DNA of 64,000 nucleotides from the NCBI RefSeq assembly GCF_036365525.1, contig NC_090378.1:119521593-119585592 (forward strand). The letters are read 5' to 3'. Numbering within the stretch: position 1 is the stretch's first letter; each line of letters starts with the position of its first letter. Made by a program: the position numbers and the translations under genes. This DNA is from Heterodontus francisci (Eukaryota). Positions 50,261-63,009 of the stretch are shown here, piece after piece. The notes beneath the pieces were generated by a model. That model was not told where the DNA came from. It saw only the letters and a list, made by a program, of their open reading frames with translations, and did no database searches.

Positions 50261-50519
50261 TTGTAACTTCTCAAGTGTAGGAGATTGAGGGGTGATGTGA
50301 TTGAGGATATAAAATTTTAAAAGGATTTGATAGGACGCAACCATATAAATTAAGAGGTAGGAAAAGATCAGCTGGTGCATCAAGCATGCCCCACACCTCA
50401 TGATGGCTGCAACATCACGATGACACTTTTTACCAAACGCACCTTACCCACGCACCTCCACCCACCCTCACCAAATCGTCCAAATCCTCTGTCTCTCCAC
50501 CTCCCGCCCATTCACCCTC

Positions 50520-52375
50520 CAATGTCTGTCTACTTGCCTGGATGGGTGCAGCTGCAACAGCACTCAAGAAGCTCGACACCATCCAGGACAAAGCAGCCCA
50601 CTAGATTGGCACCCCATACACTAACATTCCCTCCCTCCACCACCAATGCACTGAAAACTTCAATAAAATACAGCAGTGTGTACCATCTACAAGATGTACT
50701 GCAGCAATGCACTAAGGCTACTTAGACAGCACCTTCCAAACCTGCGACCTCTTCCACCGAGAAAGACAAGGGGAGCAGATGCAAGGGAACACCACCACCT
50801 GCAAGTTCCCCTCCAAGCCACACACCATCCTGACTTGGAACTATATCGTTTTTGACTGTTGCTGGGTCAAAGTCCTGCAACTCCCTGCCTTCGGGACAGG
50901 TTTTACTCCCATTTGGAAACAAATGGACTTATGAGCGAGAGGCAGCATGGTTTTGTGAAGGGGAGGTCGTGCCTCACTAATTTGATTGAGTTTTTTGAGG
51001 AAGTGACAAAGATGATTGATGAAGGAAGGGCAGTGGATGTTATCTATATGGTCTTCAGTAAAGCCTTTGATAAGGTCCCTCATGGCTGACTGATACAAAA
51101 GGTGAAGTCACATGGGATCAGAGGGCAGCTGGCAAGATGGATACAGAACTGGCTCAGTCATAGAAGACAGAGGGTAGCAGTGGAAGGGTGCTTTTCTGAA
51201 TGGAGGGATGTGACTAGTGGTGTTCCGCAGGGATCAGTGCTGGGACCTTTGCTGTTTGCAGTATATATAAATGATTTGGAGGAAAATGTAGCTGGTCTGA
51301 TTAGTAAGTTTACAGACGACACAAAGGTTGGTGGAGTTGCGGACAGTGATGAGGATTGTCAGAGGATACAGCAGGATATAGATCGGTTGGAGACTTGGGC
51401 GGAGAAATGGCAGATGGTGTTGAATTTGGACAAATGTGAGGTAATGCATTTTGGAAGGTCTAATGCAGGTGGGAAGTATACATTAATTTGTAGAACCCTT
51501 AGGAGTAATGACAGGCAGAGAGATCTGGGCGTTCAGGTCCACAGGTCACTGAAAGTGGCAACGCAGGTGGATAAGGTAGTCAAGAAGGCATACGGCATGC
51601 TTGCCTTCATCCGTCGGGGCATAGAATATAAAAATCGGCAAGTCATGCTGCAGCTGTACAGAACTTTAGTTACGCCACACTTAGAATATTGCGTGCAATT
51701 CTGGTCGCCACACTACCAGAAGGACGTGGAGGCTTTGGAGAGGGTACAGAAGAGGTTTACCAGGATGTTGCCTGGTCTGGAGGGCATTAGCTAGGAGGAG
51801 AGGTTGGATAAACTCAGATTGTTTTCACTGGAACGACGGAGGTGGAGGGGCGACATGATAGAGGTTGACAAAGTGATAAGCGGCATGGACAGAGTGGATA
51901 GTCAGAATCTTTTTCCCAGGTTGGAAGAGTCAGTTACTAGGAGACATAGGTTTAAGGTGAGAGGGGCAAAGTTTAGAGGGGATGTGCGAGGCAAGTTCTT
52001 TACACAGAGGGTGGTGAGTGCATGGAACTTGTTTCCGGGGGAGGTGGTGGAAGCAGGTACCAGAGAGACGTTTAAGAGGCATCTTGACAAATACATGAAT
52101 CGGATGGGAATAGAGGGATACGGACCCCGGAAGTGCAGAAGGTGTTAGTTTTGGCAGGCATCAAGATTGGCGCAGGCTTGGAGGGCCGAATGGCCTGTTC
52201 CTGTGCTGTACTGTTCTTTGTTCTAACAGCACTGGGGGTGCACCTACTCCACATGGGCTGCAGCAGTTCAAGAAGGCAGCTCACCATCACCTTCTCGAGG
52301 CAATTAGTGATGGGCAATAAATGCTGGCCAGCCAGCAACATCCACATCCCATGAACAAAATCAAAACATTTTCTT
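50520..52375 (+). mobile_element. 3' part of the tRNA-headed LINE family (50520-50890, 52224-52375), interrupted by a well-preserved CR1 3' half (50891-52223)
   Basis: Outer parts match 11792-12300. Inner ORFs 50859-52148 (QHGFVKGRSCLTN, GVPQGSVLGP, FTDDTK, LERVQKRFTRML) plus tail. Confidence 0.88.
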
Positions 52376-52437
52376 TTTAAATATTTCTTTGTACTTATTT
52401 TCGACAATGAATCATTCATGTGTGATTGTCAGGTAAC

Positions 52438-53110
52438 TGTTGTGTGTGTACACCATTCAGATGTGTGGCTACAAGATCATGTTAGTTATGTAAGAGTTAT
52501 AATGTAACACAACATGTGATTGAGTGTTGGTCAGTCTTGATGATACACGTGTACAGTTACTATCTCAATGTATTTGCTGCTCTCTCAGTAATTAACAAAG
52601 AACCCACAATACTGCATTACTGATCTCATCTTGAGTGACAGTCTTTGTGTACAGTCTATACAGACACAGAGGTTCAAGGAACATGCAACATGTTGGCTGC
52701 GGTGAGATTTCTGAAGACTCAAAGACGAAAACGGTGTTAAGATTATGAAGAGAGCACTTTTCTTTTACTTTTAGAAGATCAGACCATATTGCAAGCTTTT
52801 TCTCCTCTCAAATCTACTCAGCAATGATCTGGATCTCCAACACCCTAACCCATCCAGCTTTCTGACCTTTGAAGCAGTGCAGTCAGCAGCAACTGGCTCA
52901 GCTTCTTTTCATTTTGTCTGTGAGGTCGGGTGTGGCTGCAGACTCCGGTTGACTTTACTTATCCAATGATGATTTTATCTGCATCTTTCCACAGGCTTGA
53001 CATGGATCACAACGTTGATAACACAACAGAGATACTGTGGGAATGGTTAAAGAATGTTCAGCGAGCCGACCACGATGTGGAGTGGAGGACACTGGATAAT
53101 CCCAACTGAG
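52438..53110 (+). mobile_element. Short Gypsy-type LTR (52438-52690), PBS and decayed gag start
   Basis: TGTTG...CAACA termini; TGGCTGCGGTG PBS-like sequence immediately after. Confidence 0.55.
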
Positions 53111-53519
53111 TCGTCTGCTTTGCACAGCCATCTCACTCAATGCTTGTTCCCTCCTTTAAATCTTTACAACCATATTTTAGATGACTTCCAAATATTTTCA
53201 GAAATCTCATTCACCAAGGCAATTGATGCAAGAAAATGTGCCTTTAAAATGGAACAAGAGAAATTAAATGTCTTCATCCGATAAAGTGTTGGCTGAGCTT
53301 TATTTTAACACTCTGAGGTAGATCACATCAGCACTGTGCCACAAGCCTGCAACATCATCATGACAAAAGTGTCTTTCCAGCCTCTTTTCCTCCTCAAATA
53401 TCGATCAGGAAAGTCAAACAGCCTTTTTAATGAAGGCAGGGTAGCTGTAAGGTTTATTTTGTCAGACACTATTTGATTTTACAGCTGCCCAGCGCTTTGC
53501 TTCAGTGCTCAGCCGGTTT

Positions 53520-53680
53520 AAATGTTCCCACGTGACCGGCCACTAACGGTCACTTCAAGGGCCCGACCACGTGACTGAGAGGGAGGCTTCCCAGAGCCGG
53601 AGCCGCAGACGTGTTCAGTGTCAGTCGTTTAGGCTGAGCAACTGGGCACAATATTCATTCAGAATATCAGGAGGTTAGTG
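53520..53680. promoter_or_regulatory. Promoter-like CpG-containing patch with two CACGTGAC boxes
   Basis: CACGTGAC at 53529-53536 and 53568-53575; possible donor GAG|GTTAGT at about 53673. Confidence 0.3.
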
Positions 53681-55789
53681 AGGGCTCAAAGTCCACAGTC
53701 AGATCGAATGAGAGTCAGCAGAGTGGACAGAAAAGGCCATGGCAAGTATTTTGATTGAAGTTTTCAGTGGAATCTTTGTGGGCCCGGAGGAGCAGAACCT
53801 CTGCCAAATACTAATCCGGTGATAAAATCATCGGGCCCGGAGTGAGGAGATTCCTGGCTGTCCCTCCGGTTAAACTCAGGGCTTGAAAGTTCTAGAAGGG
53901 ATGTGTTATGTGTAGGAAATGATAACATAGTCTCTATCACAAGGCTCTCAGTAGAATTTACTAACAGCTCTGATGTCATTTACAATATTGACTCTCAGTT
54001 TTTGACGCTCATCACCTCTACAGTAAGACCTTTATTCTATAGATAATGCACAACTTCACTTCCACTCCAGTGAAATGTCATGACAAGCACTGCTCCTCTG
54101 AATCCTCTATTCTATAAAGACCTATCTGACCTGGATTATATTGGAACATCAAGAAGATGTAGTAACAGTTGTCAAGCAATGGGAAAATGTCAGGGAGGGA
54201 AACAAGTTGCAAACCTGTTTAAACATTCATCTGAGTTTATTTTCAAAGAGTGACTGAGCTCAAAACTCTCCATATTTATAAACTAAAATGAAAGCTCATC
54301 GCTGCTAATGGATGGCACTTGGCAACTTGTGCATCGGTTCTGGGCTCCTGCTTGAAGTGATAGAAAATAAAGATGTATTCTGCAAGTTTCACAGAACAGC
54401 TCCAGTATTTTGTACAGGCTGTTTATTCATGTTGCTTATCGTACTGTCCTCCTCATCCATGTGCTCCTGGCTCACACTGGCCACAAATTTGGTTCCATAG
54501 TGCCTCCAGTTTTCGCACTACAGGGTCTGTTTTGCTGCCAAACAAGTGACCACTACCCTTGCTCACCTCTGGCACAGCCTCTTCCAGAAACCATTTTGAT
54601 GAGGGCAATAGCGTGTGCGTTAGAAGCATGCACCACAAGTATGTAGAGTAGGCAGATCATGACGTCAGTCAGTGTGTGATGCTGATTTGACACCGGCGCT
54701 GCCATTTCCAACCTCGCTGCTTGGCGGAATGCCCTGTCTTAAACACACAGCTGAATATGTGTTTAGCAGCAGGAAGGAATCTCCCATCAGCTCTGTTTAA
54801 AGTGATTGTCACCTTTGCTCAGGTTAGTTACTGACTGATCTCGACTGGCTCTGTCTGAGTTTGCAGAGGTGAGTTTTTACTGCCATTTAAATTTGGTGAA
54901 GTTGACGGGGACTGGTGTTGCACGTGGTGAAGGTCTTGGTTCTGACTTCAAGGGTTCTGATCAGACCACTGGCTCCTGGTCATGGGTTCAGTAAGTTTCC
55001 ATCCACCTTGGTCTGCAGCCATGACTGGGAGAATGAGCAGAGGCAACATGGAGGAAGACAAGCTGCTGCAAGAGGGCAGAGGAGGAGGGGGAAGAAGGGC
55101 TCTCAGTAGGAGGCCTTATCAACCTGGGGTCTTCTGGAAGCATTTTTCTTACTTCAACCTCAGCCAGGATCAGTGTGTGTGATGTCTCTGCTTTACAAAG
55201 GAGGTGCTCACGGAAGTCTGCCACCTCTTGCAACCAGACCTGCAGCCTCAGAGCAGGACAAGAATGGTGCTGTTAGTGGCTTTGAAGGTGACCATGGCCC
55301 TGAATTTCATTGTGTGGGGATACTTTCAGACTGAAGCAGGCAGCATTTCTTAACATCTCCCAGTTTGGCTGTTGGTTGCTGCAGGAGTGAGGTGATGGAC
55401 ACTCTTTATATCAGGAGAGGGGAGTACATTACATTGTCTCTGACCAGAGAGAAGCAGCGAAGCGTGCACGTAGCTTCACCAGGATAGCTGGGATCCCTAT
55501 GGTGCAGGTGCCATTTATTGCACACACATTGCTTTGTGAGTGTCGTGTCTAAATGCAGAGATGAACCACAATCACAAAGGGTTCCACTTTCTGAATGTGC
55601 AGTTGGGATGCAACCATGCTCAGTAGATCATGTTGGTAAATAGCTGGTATCCTGGCAGCAGTTAAGATGTCTTTATTCTGTGCCAATCTGCTGAGCCACC
55701 ATGTCAAACCAGAGGGTGGCTGCTGGGCCATCAGGGCTATCCACTGACCACCTGGGTTATGCCATTGGTGTGCGTCCCATGCACACGTA

Positions 55790-58700
55790 AAATCATAGAA
55801 GTTTAAGGCACAGAAAGAGGCCACTTGGCCCATCGTCTTTGTGCCGGCCGAAAAACAATCCACCTATTCTAATCCCACCTTCCAACATTTGGTCCGTAGC
55901 CCTGCAGATTACTGCACTTGAGGTGTATATCCAGACTCCTTTTGAGTCTATCCTCCTCGCTATCTACCACATGGCAAATCTTTGTGTCGTCTGCAAACTT
56001 CTTGATTATGCCCTCTATCTTCACGTTCAAATTATTAATAGACACAAAAAGCAGGGGACCCAGTACTGAGCCCTGCGGAACATCACTGGAAACAGCCCTC
56101 AGTACCTAAAACATGTCAATAATTACCCTTTGTTTCCTGCCACTGTACCAATTTGGTATCCACCTTGTTGCATTTCCCTGGATCCCATAGGACTTTATTT
56201 TTTTAACCAGTCTGCCATGTGGGACCTTGTCAAAAGCCTTGCTAAAATCCATGTAGACCACACCAGCTGCACCACCCTCATCTATCTTCCTTGTTACTTC
56301 TTCAAAAAATTTGATCAAGTTAGTCAAACAAGATCTTCCCTTAACAAATCCATGCTGATTATCCTTGGTTAATTTGTGCCTCTCTAAGTGACAGTTTATC
56401 CTGCCTCTCAGAATACATTCCAATGGTTTTCCCACTACTGAGGTTAGACTGACTGGCTGTAAGTATTCAGTCTATCCTTGTCTCCGTTTTTAAATGGAGG
56501 TACAATGTTAGCAGTTCTCCAATTCTCCGACGCGACATCTGTATCTAGTGAGGACTGGAAAATGATGGTCAAGCCTTCTGCTATTTCCTCTCTTGCTTCT
56601 TTTCACAGCCTGGAGTACATTTTATCTGGACCTGGTGATTTATCAACTTTCAAGGATGCTAATCCCATTAATTCTTCCTCTCTCCCTCGGTTTATCATAT
56701 CCAATACTTCACACTCCTCCTCAACTGCAATATCTGCATCGTCCCCCTCTTTTGTGAAGACAGACGCAAAGTATTCATTAAGAACCATACCAACATTTTC
56801 TGCCCCTACGCATAGGTTACCTTTTTGGTCTTTTATGGGTCCTACTCTCTCCTTAGTTATCCTCTTACCCATAATGTATTGATAAATTATCTTTGGGTTC
56901 ACCTTGATTTTGCTTGCCAATATTCTTTCATGCCCTTGCTTTGCTTTCCTAATTTCCTTTTTGATTTCACCCCTCCGCTTTCTGTACTCCTCTTGGCTTT
57001 CTATAGTTTTGAGTTCTCGGTGTCGGACATAAGCTTTCCTTTTCTGCCTTATACCCTGTTGGACTTGCTACATACTGGACAAAAAAGGTTCTCCTGAATG
57101 CACCTCAAGAATTCTGCTCCCTCAATTCCTTTCACAGTAAAACTATCCCAGTTAATATTGGGGTAGTTAAAATCCCCTACTATTACTGCCCTATTGTTCT
57201 TGCATTTCTCACAGACTTGCCTGCATATCTGCTCTTGTATCTCCCTCTGACTGTTTGGGGGTCTATAGTTCCATTCCAGCAGTATGATTGCCCTGTTTTT
57301 GTTCCTCAGCTGAATCCATATGGCCTCATTTGATGAACCTTCCAACATATCATCCCTCCTCACAGCTGTAATAGTTTCCTGGACCAAAATTGATACTTCC
57401 CCTCCTTTCTTATTCCTCCTCCCCATTGCACCTGAAAATCCTGTAACCAGGCTCGTTGAAATGCCATTCCTGTCCCTCCTTAAGCCATGCTTCTGTCTTC
57501 TTTTCTCTTCTTTGGCCTCCTTATCTCGAGAGACAATGGATAAGCGCCTGGAGGTGGTCAGTGGTTTGTGAAGCAGCGCCTGGAGTGGCTATAAAGGCCA
57601 ATTCTAGAGTGACAGGCTCTTCCACAGGTGCTGCAGAGAAATTTGTTTGTCGGGGCTGTTACACAGTTGGCTCTCCCCTTGCACCTCTGTCTTTTTTCCT
57701 GCCAACTACTAAGTCTCTTCGACTCGCCACACTTTCGCCCCGTCTTTATGGCTGCCCGCCAGCTCTGGCGAATGCTGGCAACTGATTCCCACGACTTGTG
57801 ATCAATGTCACAGGATTTCATGTCGCGTTTGCAGACGTCTTTAAAGCGGAGACATGGACGGCCGGTGGGTCTGAAACCAGTGGCGAGCTCGCTGTACAAT
57901 GTGTCTTTGGGGATCCTGCCATCTTCCATGCGGCTCACATGGCCAAGCCATCTCAAGCGCCGCTGACTCAGTAGTGTGCATAAGCTGGGGATGTTGGCCG
58001 CCTCGAGGACTTCTGTGTTGGAGATACGGTCCTGCCACCTGATGCCAAGTATTCTCCGGAGGCAGCGAAGATGGAATGAGTTGAGATGTCGCTCTTGGCT
58101 GACGTACGTTGTCCAGACCTCGCTGCTGTAGAGCAAGGTACTGAGGACACAGGCCTGATACACTCGGACTTTTGTGTTCCGTGTCAGTGTGCCATTTTCC
58201 CACACTCTCTTGGCCATTCTGGACATAGCAGTGGAAGCCTTTCCCATGGGCTTGTTGATTTCTGCATCTAGAGACAGGTTACTGGTGATAGTTGAGCCTA
58301 GGTAGGTGAACTCTTGAACCACTCCCAGAGCGTGGTCGCCAATATTGATGGATGGAGCATTTCTGATGTCCTGCCCCATGATGTTCGTTTTCTTGAGGCT
58401 GATGGTTAGGCCAAATTCATTGCAGGCAGCCGCAAACCTGTCGATGAGACTCTGCAGGCACTCTTCAGTGTGAGATGTTAAAGCAGCATCGTCAGCAAAG
58501 AGGAGTTCCCTGATGAGGACTTTCCGTACTTTGGACTTCGCTGTTAGACAGGCAAGGTTGAACAACCTGCCCCCTGATCTTGTGTGGAGGAAAATTCCTT
58601 CTTCAAAAGACTTGAACGCATGTGAAAGCAGCAGGGAGAAGAACGCAGCCCTGTTTCACACCACTCAGGATCGGAAAGGGCTCTGATGAGGAGTCACCAT

Positions 58701-59860
58701 GTTGAATTGTGCCTTTCATATTGTCATGGAATGAGGTGATGATACTTAGTAGCTTTGGTGGGCATCCAATCTTTTCTAGTAGTCTGAAGAGACCACGTCT
58801 GCTGACTAGGTCAAAGGCTTTGGTGAGATCAATGAAAGCAATGTAGAGGGGCATCTGTTGTTCACGGCATTTCTCCTGTATCTGATGAAGGGAGAACAGC
58901 ATGTCAACGGTCGATCTCTCTGCACGAGAGTCACACTGTGCCTCAGGGTAGACGCGCTCGGCCAGCTTCTGGAGCCTGTTTAGAGCGACTCGAGCAAAGA
59001 CTTTCCCCACTATGCTGAGCAGGGAGATTCCACGGTAGTTGCTGCACTCACCGCGGTCACCTTTGTTTTTATAGAGGGTGATGATATTGGCATCGCGCAT
59101 GTCCTGGGGTACTGCTCCCTCGTCCCAGCATAGGCATAGCAGTTTCTGTAATAGCTAGGATATCTTACGACCATGTGTTTATTTGTGCCATCAGCTTTAT
59201 TTTCTAAACTGCTTGCATTAAAATAGATACCCCTGAGCACTGCAAAACTCTTTTTTATTTTCTCACCTTTGTTTCCTCTGTCTTCCAGACTCGTCCATTA
59301 ATTTTCTGATTTTGTCCCAATTGAGTCTACCCTCAGGTCCCCATTCCCCTGCCAAACTAGTTTAAACCCACCCCAACGTGACTAGCAAAACATCCCTCAA
59401 GGAACTCCGTCCCGGCTCTTTTCAGGTGCAACCCCTCCGGCATGTACAGGTCCCATCTTTCCCCAGAGCCGGTCCCAATGTCCCAGGAATCTAAAACCCT
59501 CCCTCATGCAGCATCTCTCCAGCCACACATTCATTTGTCTTATCCTTCTATTCTGTACTCACTTATGCATGGCACTGGGAGTAATCCGGACATTATTACT
59601 TTTGCGGTCCAGTTTTCTAACTTCTTATCTTGCTCCCTAAATTCTGACTGCAGGACCACATCCCTTTTTCTACCTATGTTGTTGGTTCCAATGTTGAGCA
59701 TGACGGCTGGCTGTTCCCCCTCCCCCTTCAGGATGCCCTGCAGCCGCTCAGTGACATCCTTGACCCTTGGCACAAGGGAGGCAACAACCCATCCTGGATT
59801 CACGTCTGCGGCTCCAGAAACGTCTGTCTGTTCCCCTGTCTATTGAATCACCTATCACTA
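55790..59860 (-). mobile_element. CR1 LINE (esterase ORF1, EN, RT with internal deletion)
   Basis: ORFs 59540-59803 (NIGTNNIG), 57049-57426 (YRPPNS, VGDFNYP), 56106-56435 (QHGFVKGRSCLTN); tail at 55790. Confidence 0.88.
57497..59141 (-). mobile_element. RTE-clade LINE, 5'-truncated, inserted in CR1
   Basis: NYRGISLLSIVGK...FIDLTKAFD...GVKQGCVL; ELLFADD; RRLRWLGHVSRM; C-terminal CSTCGRACHSRIGLYSH. TTCTGT at both flanks. Confidence 0.92.
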
Positions 59861-60574
59861 TGGGCAGCCTGCATATAAAGAAAAGCCATGTTTGCTATCT
59901 GAAACGTCATAAAGTGATTGGGTTCTTCAAGAAGTGGCTCCGCTGCCTGGACCACTTTGGAGGAGCCCTCGTTGTAGCATGTGTCACGATTAGTCATGGT
60001 CTGCTGTATCCTGTACAACCTCAACATCATGAGGGCACAGCCCTTTCCACCAGGGATCAGGCGAGCGGCTGAGGAGGAGGAAGGCAGGAGGCAAACACAT
60101 CCCCTTTCCAGTCCGGCTGTCTGTTATCACCTCATGGACTGAGGTACCAGTGAGCATAACCCCAATTCCCCATTCACCGACACTCCCACACCTTAGTGAC
60201 CATCAGTGTCCTCTTGGAAGCAACGAGGAAATAAAAGCCACCACAGAACCATTGCAAACTGACCTTATCAAGCAAAACATCTAATATTCCAAACAAAAGT
60301 CAAGTGATCACCCTTGTGCATTCCCTTAATGCCTGTATTGCAGGTGCTTAGACTGTCCCAGTGCTCCTATGCAGTGCTACCAATGTGGCTGCAGCCTTGA
60401 CTGGGGGAGACTGCAGATGGCCTTGGAGGACACTCTCGAGTATCTGAATCTAGAAGGCCCAGCTTCACACTGCACTATCTCAGTATGGGAAGTGGCAATC
60501 TGGGCTGGCTGACGGACAGGCAACAACAAGGGCACTGGTGGAGTGTCAATGGTGAAAAGACATACATCCGTACA

Positions 60575-60840
60575 AAGGAACATACATGAAATTAGGAGCA
60601 GAAGTAGGTCATTTGATAAGATCATGGCTGATTGAATGTGGCCACACCTCTGCTTTCCTGTCTGCCCTTCATAACACCTGCCTGCATTGTCAATCAAAAA
60701 TCTATCTAACTTTTTCCTGAATATATTCAATGACCCTGCCTGAACTGCTCTCTGAAGAAGTGAATTCCACGGATTAACAACCCTCAGAGAAAAAAATTCA
60801 CCTCACCCCCATCTTAAATGGGAGATCCCTTATATTTTTA
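60575..60840 (-). mobile_element. CR1 3' fragment
   Basis: IFRKKLDRFL plus CR1 3' UTR motifs. Confidence 0.7.
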
Positions 60841-60969
60841 GCAGTTTGAGTATCTGAAGCCATGATAGGTGCTATATAAACATGGATTCTTCTTGAATAA
60901 AACCTGGGGCGGAAACCAACTAGAAGTTAAAAAAAGGGTCATTATTGGAAATTGCATGACCCATGAACC

Positions 60970-62600
60970 ATTTCGGCCTCCTGAATTCCCCAGCATCATA
61001 GATGCCAGTCTTTAACCAATTTGATTCACTCCACGGGATATCAAGAAATGGCTGCAGGTGCTGGATACTGCAAAGGCTATGGGCCCTGACAACATTCCAG
61101 CAATAGTACTGAAGACCTGAACTCCAGAACTTGCCGCGCCCCTCGGCAAACATTTCCAGTACGGCTACAACACTGGCATCTACCTGGCAATGTGGAAAAT
61201 TGCCCACGTATGTCCTATACACAAAACACAGGACGAGGAACCCGGCCAATTACCATCTCATCAGTCAAGTGACGGAAGGTGTCGTCGGTAGTGCTATCAA
61301 GCGGCACTTGCTTCGAAATAACCTGCTCAGTGATGCTCAGTTTGGGTTCCGCCAGGGCCACTCGGCTCCAGACCTCATTACAGCCTTGGTTCAAACATGG
61401 ACGAAAGAACTGAACACGAGGTGAGGTGAGAGTGACTGCCCTTGACATCAAGGCAGCATTTGACCGAGTATGGCATCAAGGAGCCCTAACAAAACTGAAG
61501 ACAATGGGAATCGGGTGGGGGGAAAGCTCTTAGCTGGTTGGTGTCATACCTAGCATGAAAGAAGATGGTTATTGGATGATCATTTCATCTCAGCTCCATA
61601 ACAAGACTGCAGGAGTTCCTCAGGGTAGTGCTCCATAGAAAATACAGCACAGAACAGGCCCTTCGGCCCACGATGTTGTGCCGATCTCCAGGCCCAACCA
61701 TCTTCAGCTACTTCATCAATGACCTTTCTTCCATCATAAGGTCAGAAGTGGGGATGTTCACTGATGATTGCACAGTGTTCAGTACCATTTGCATCTCCTC
61801 AGGTACTGAAGCAGCCCGTGTCCATATGCAGCAAGACCTGGACAACATCCAGGCTTGGACTGATGTTTAGTGCCAATGTTACTTGCCACTTAAGTGCCAG
61901 GCAATGACCATCTCCAACTATCTCCCTTTGGTGTTCAATGACATTGCCATCACTGAATCTCCCACTATTGACATCCTGGGTTACCATTGACAAAAAACCA
62001 GATCAGCCACATAAATACTGCAGCTACAAGAGCAGGTCAGAGGCAGGGAGTTCTGCGGCGATTAACTGACCTGTCCCCCCAATGCCTGCCCACCAACTAC
62101 AAGGCAGAAGTCAGGAGTGTGATGCAATACTTTCCACTTGCTTGGATGGGAGCAGCTCCAACAACACTCAAGAAGCTCGACACCATCCAGGACAAAGCAA
62201 CCCACTTGACTGGCACCTCATCCACCAACAACAACATTCACCACCGACGCACAGTGTCAGCAAGATGCACTGCAGCAACTCACCAAGGCTCATTTGACAC
62301 ATTCCAAAACTGCAACCTAGAAAGACAAGGGTAGCAGATGCATGGGAACACCACCACCTGCAAATTCTTCTCCAAGATACACACCATCCTGACTTGGAGC
62401 TATATCACCGTTCCTCCACTGTCACTGGGTCAAAACCCTGGAACTCCCTTCCTCACAGCACAGTGGGTGTACCTACACCCCAAAGACTGTAGCATTTCAA
62501 GAAGGAAGCTCACCACCACCTTCTCAAGGGCACTTAGGGATGGGCAATAAATGCTGGCCTAGCCAACGATGCCCACATCCCATGAACGAATAAAAAATAA
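60970..62600 (+). mobile_element. 5'-truncated copy of the tRNA-headed LINE family
   Basis: Colinear with 13440-11792 (KAMGPDNIP, QFGFRQGHS, LDIKAAFD, tail GGGCAATAAATGCTGGCC). Small antisense CR1-tail insert at about 61634-61685. Confidence 0.88.
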
Positions 62601-62690
62601 GTAGAAATTTCCTTCTAACATCCACTGTTATTGGGTGCTGGAAGTTGCCAAGTTGGAACCGGCTCCTCCGTGTTCCTTGACCGTGACCGC

Positions 62691-63009
62691 TACCCAACCC
62701 GAACCCAACCAACCTGATGACATGTCGGGGTCGGGTTGGGTTGCTCTTCCGAGTCCGGCATTCGGACTCGGGCTGGGTCGGACACTGACAGCCAGGATGC
62801 CAAGGTGGGGTATGTGCATTTGGACTCCGCACTGGTCTGCACTGTCGATCTCATCCAAGGTAGAGCACAACCTCTTTAATATAAACAACTTTATTCCGGT
62901 GGTCGGGTCGGGCGCGGGAAAAAATCGAAGGACTCGGGTTGTGCTCGGGTCAGATGTAGTTCTGTTTGGCTCGAGTCGGGTTTCATTTGCAGACACAAGC
63001 AGGCCTTTA
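62691..63009. mobile_element. hAT-type MITE related to 27226-27663
   Basis: Right TIR CAGGCCTTTA; flanks GTGACCGC / GCGACCGC (8-bp TSD, 7/8); left TIR largely lost; same TCGGGT motifs. Confidence 0.7.

Larger units (their letters stand above)
54650..60110 (+). mobile_element. Harbinger transposase remnant, split by nested LINEs (54650-55790 and 59860-60110)
   Basis: RRPYQPGVF..HFSY..LSQDQCV..CFTKE..TEVCHLL..KVTMALNF; KGFHFLNVQL; C-terminal KKWLRCLDHFGGAL and VCCILYNL. Confidence 0.75.

Noticed and set aside
53764-54023. Minus-strand terminal exon or 71-aa ORF
   Set aside because: No recognisable homology and no phase-consistent partner exon found.
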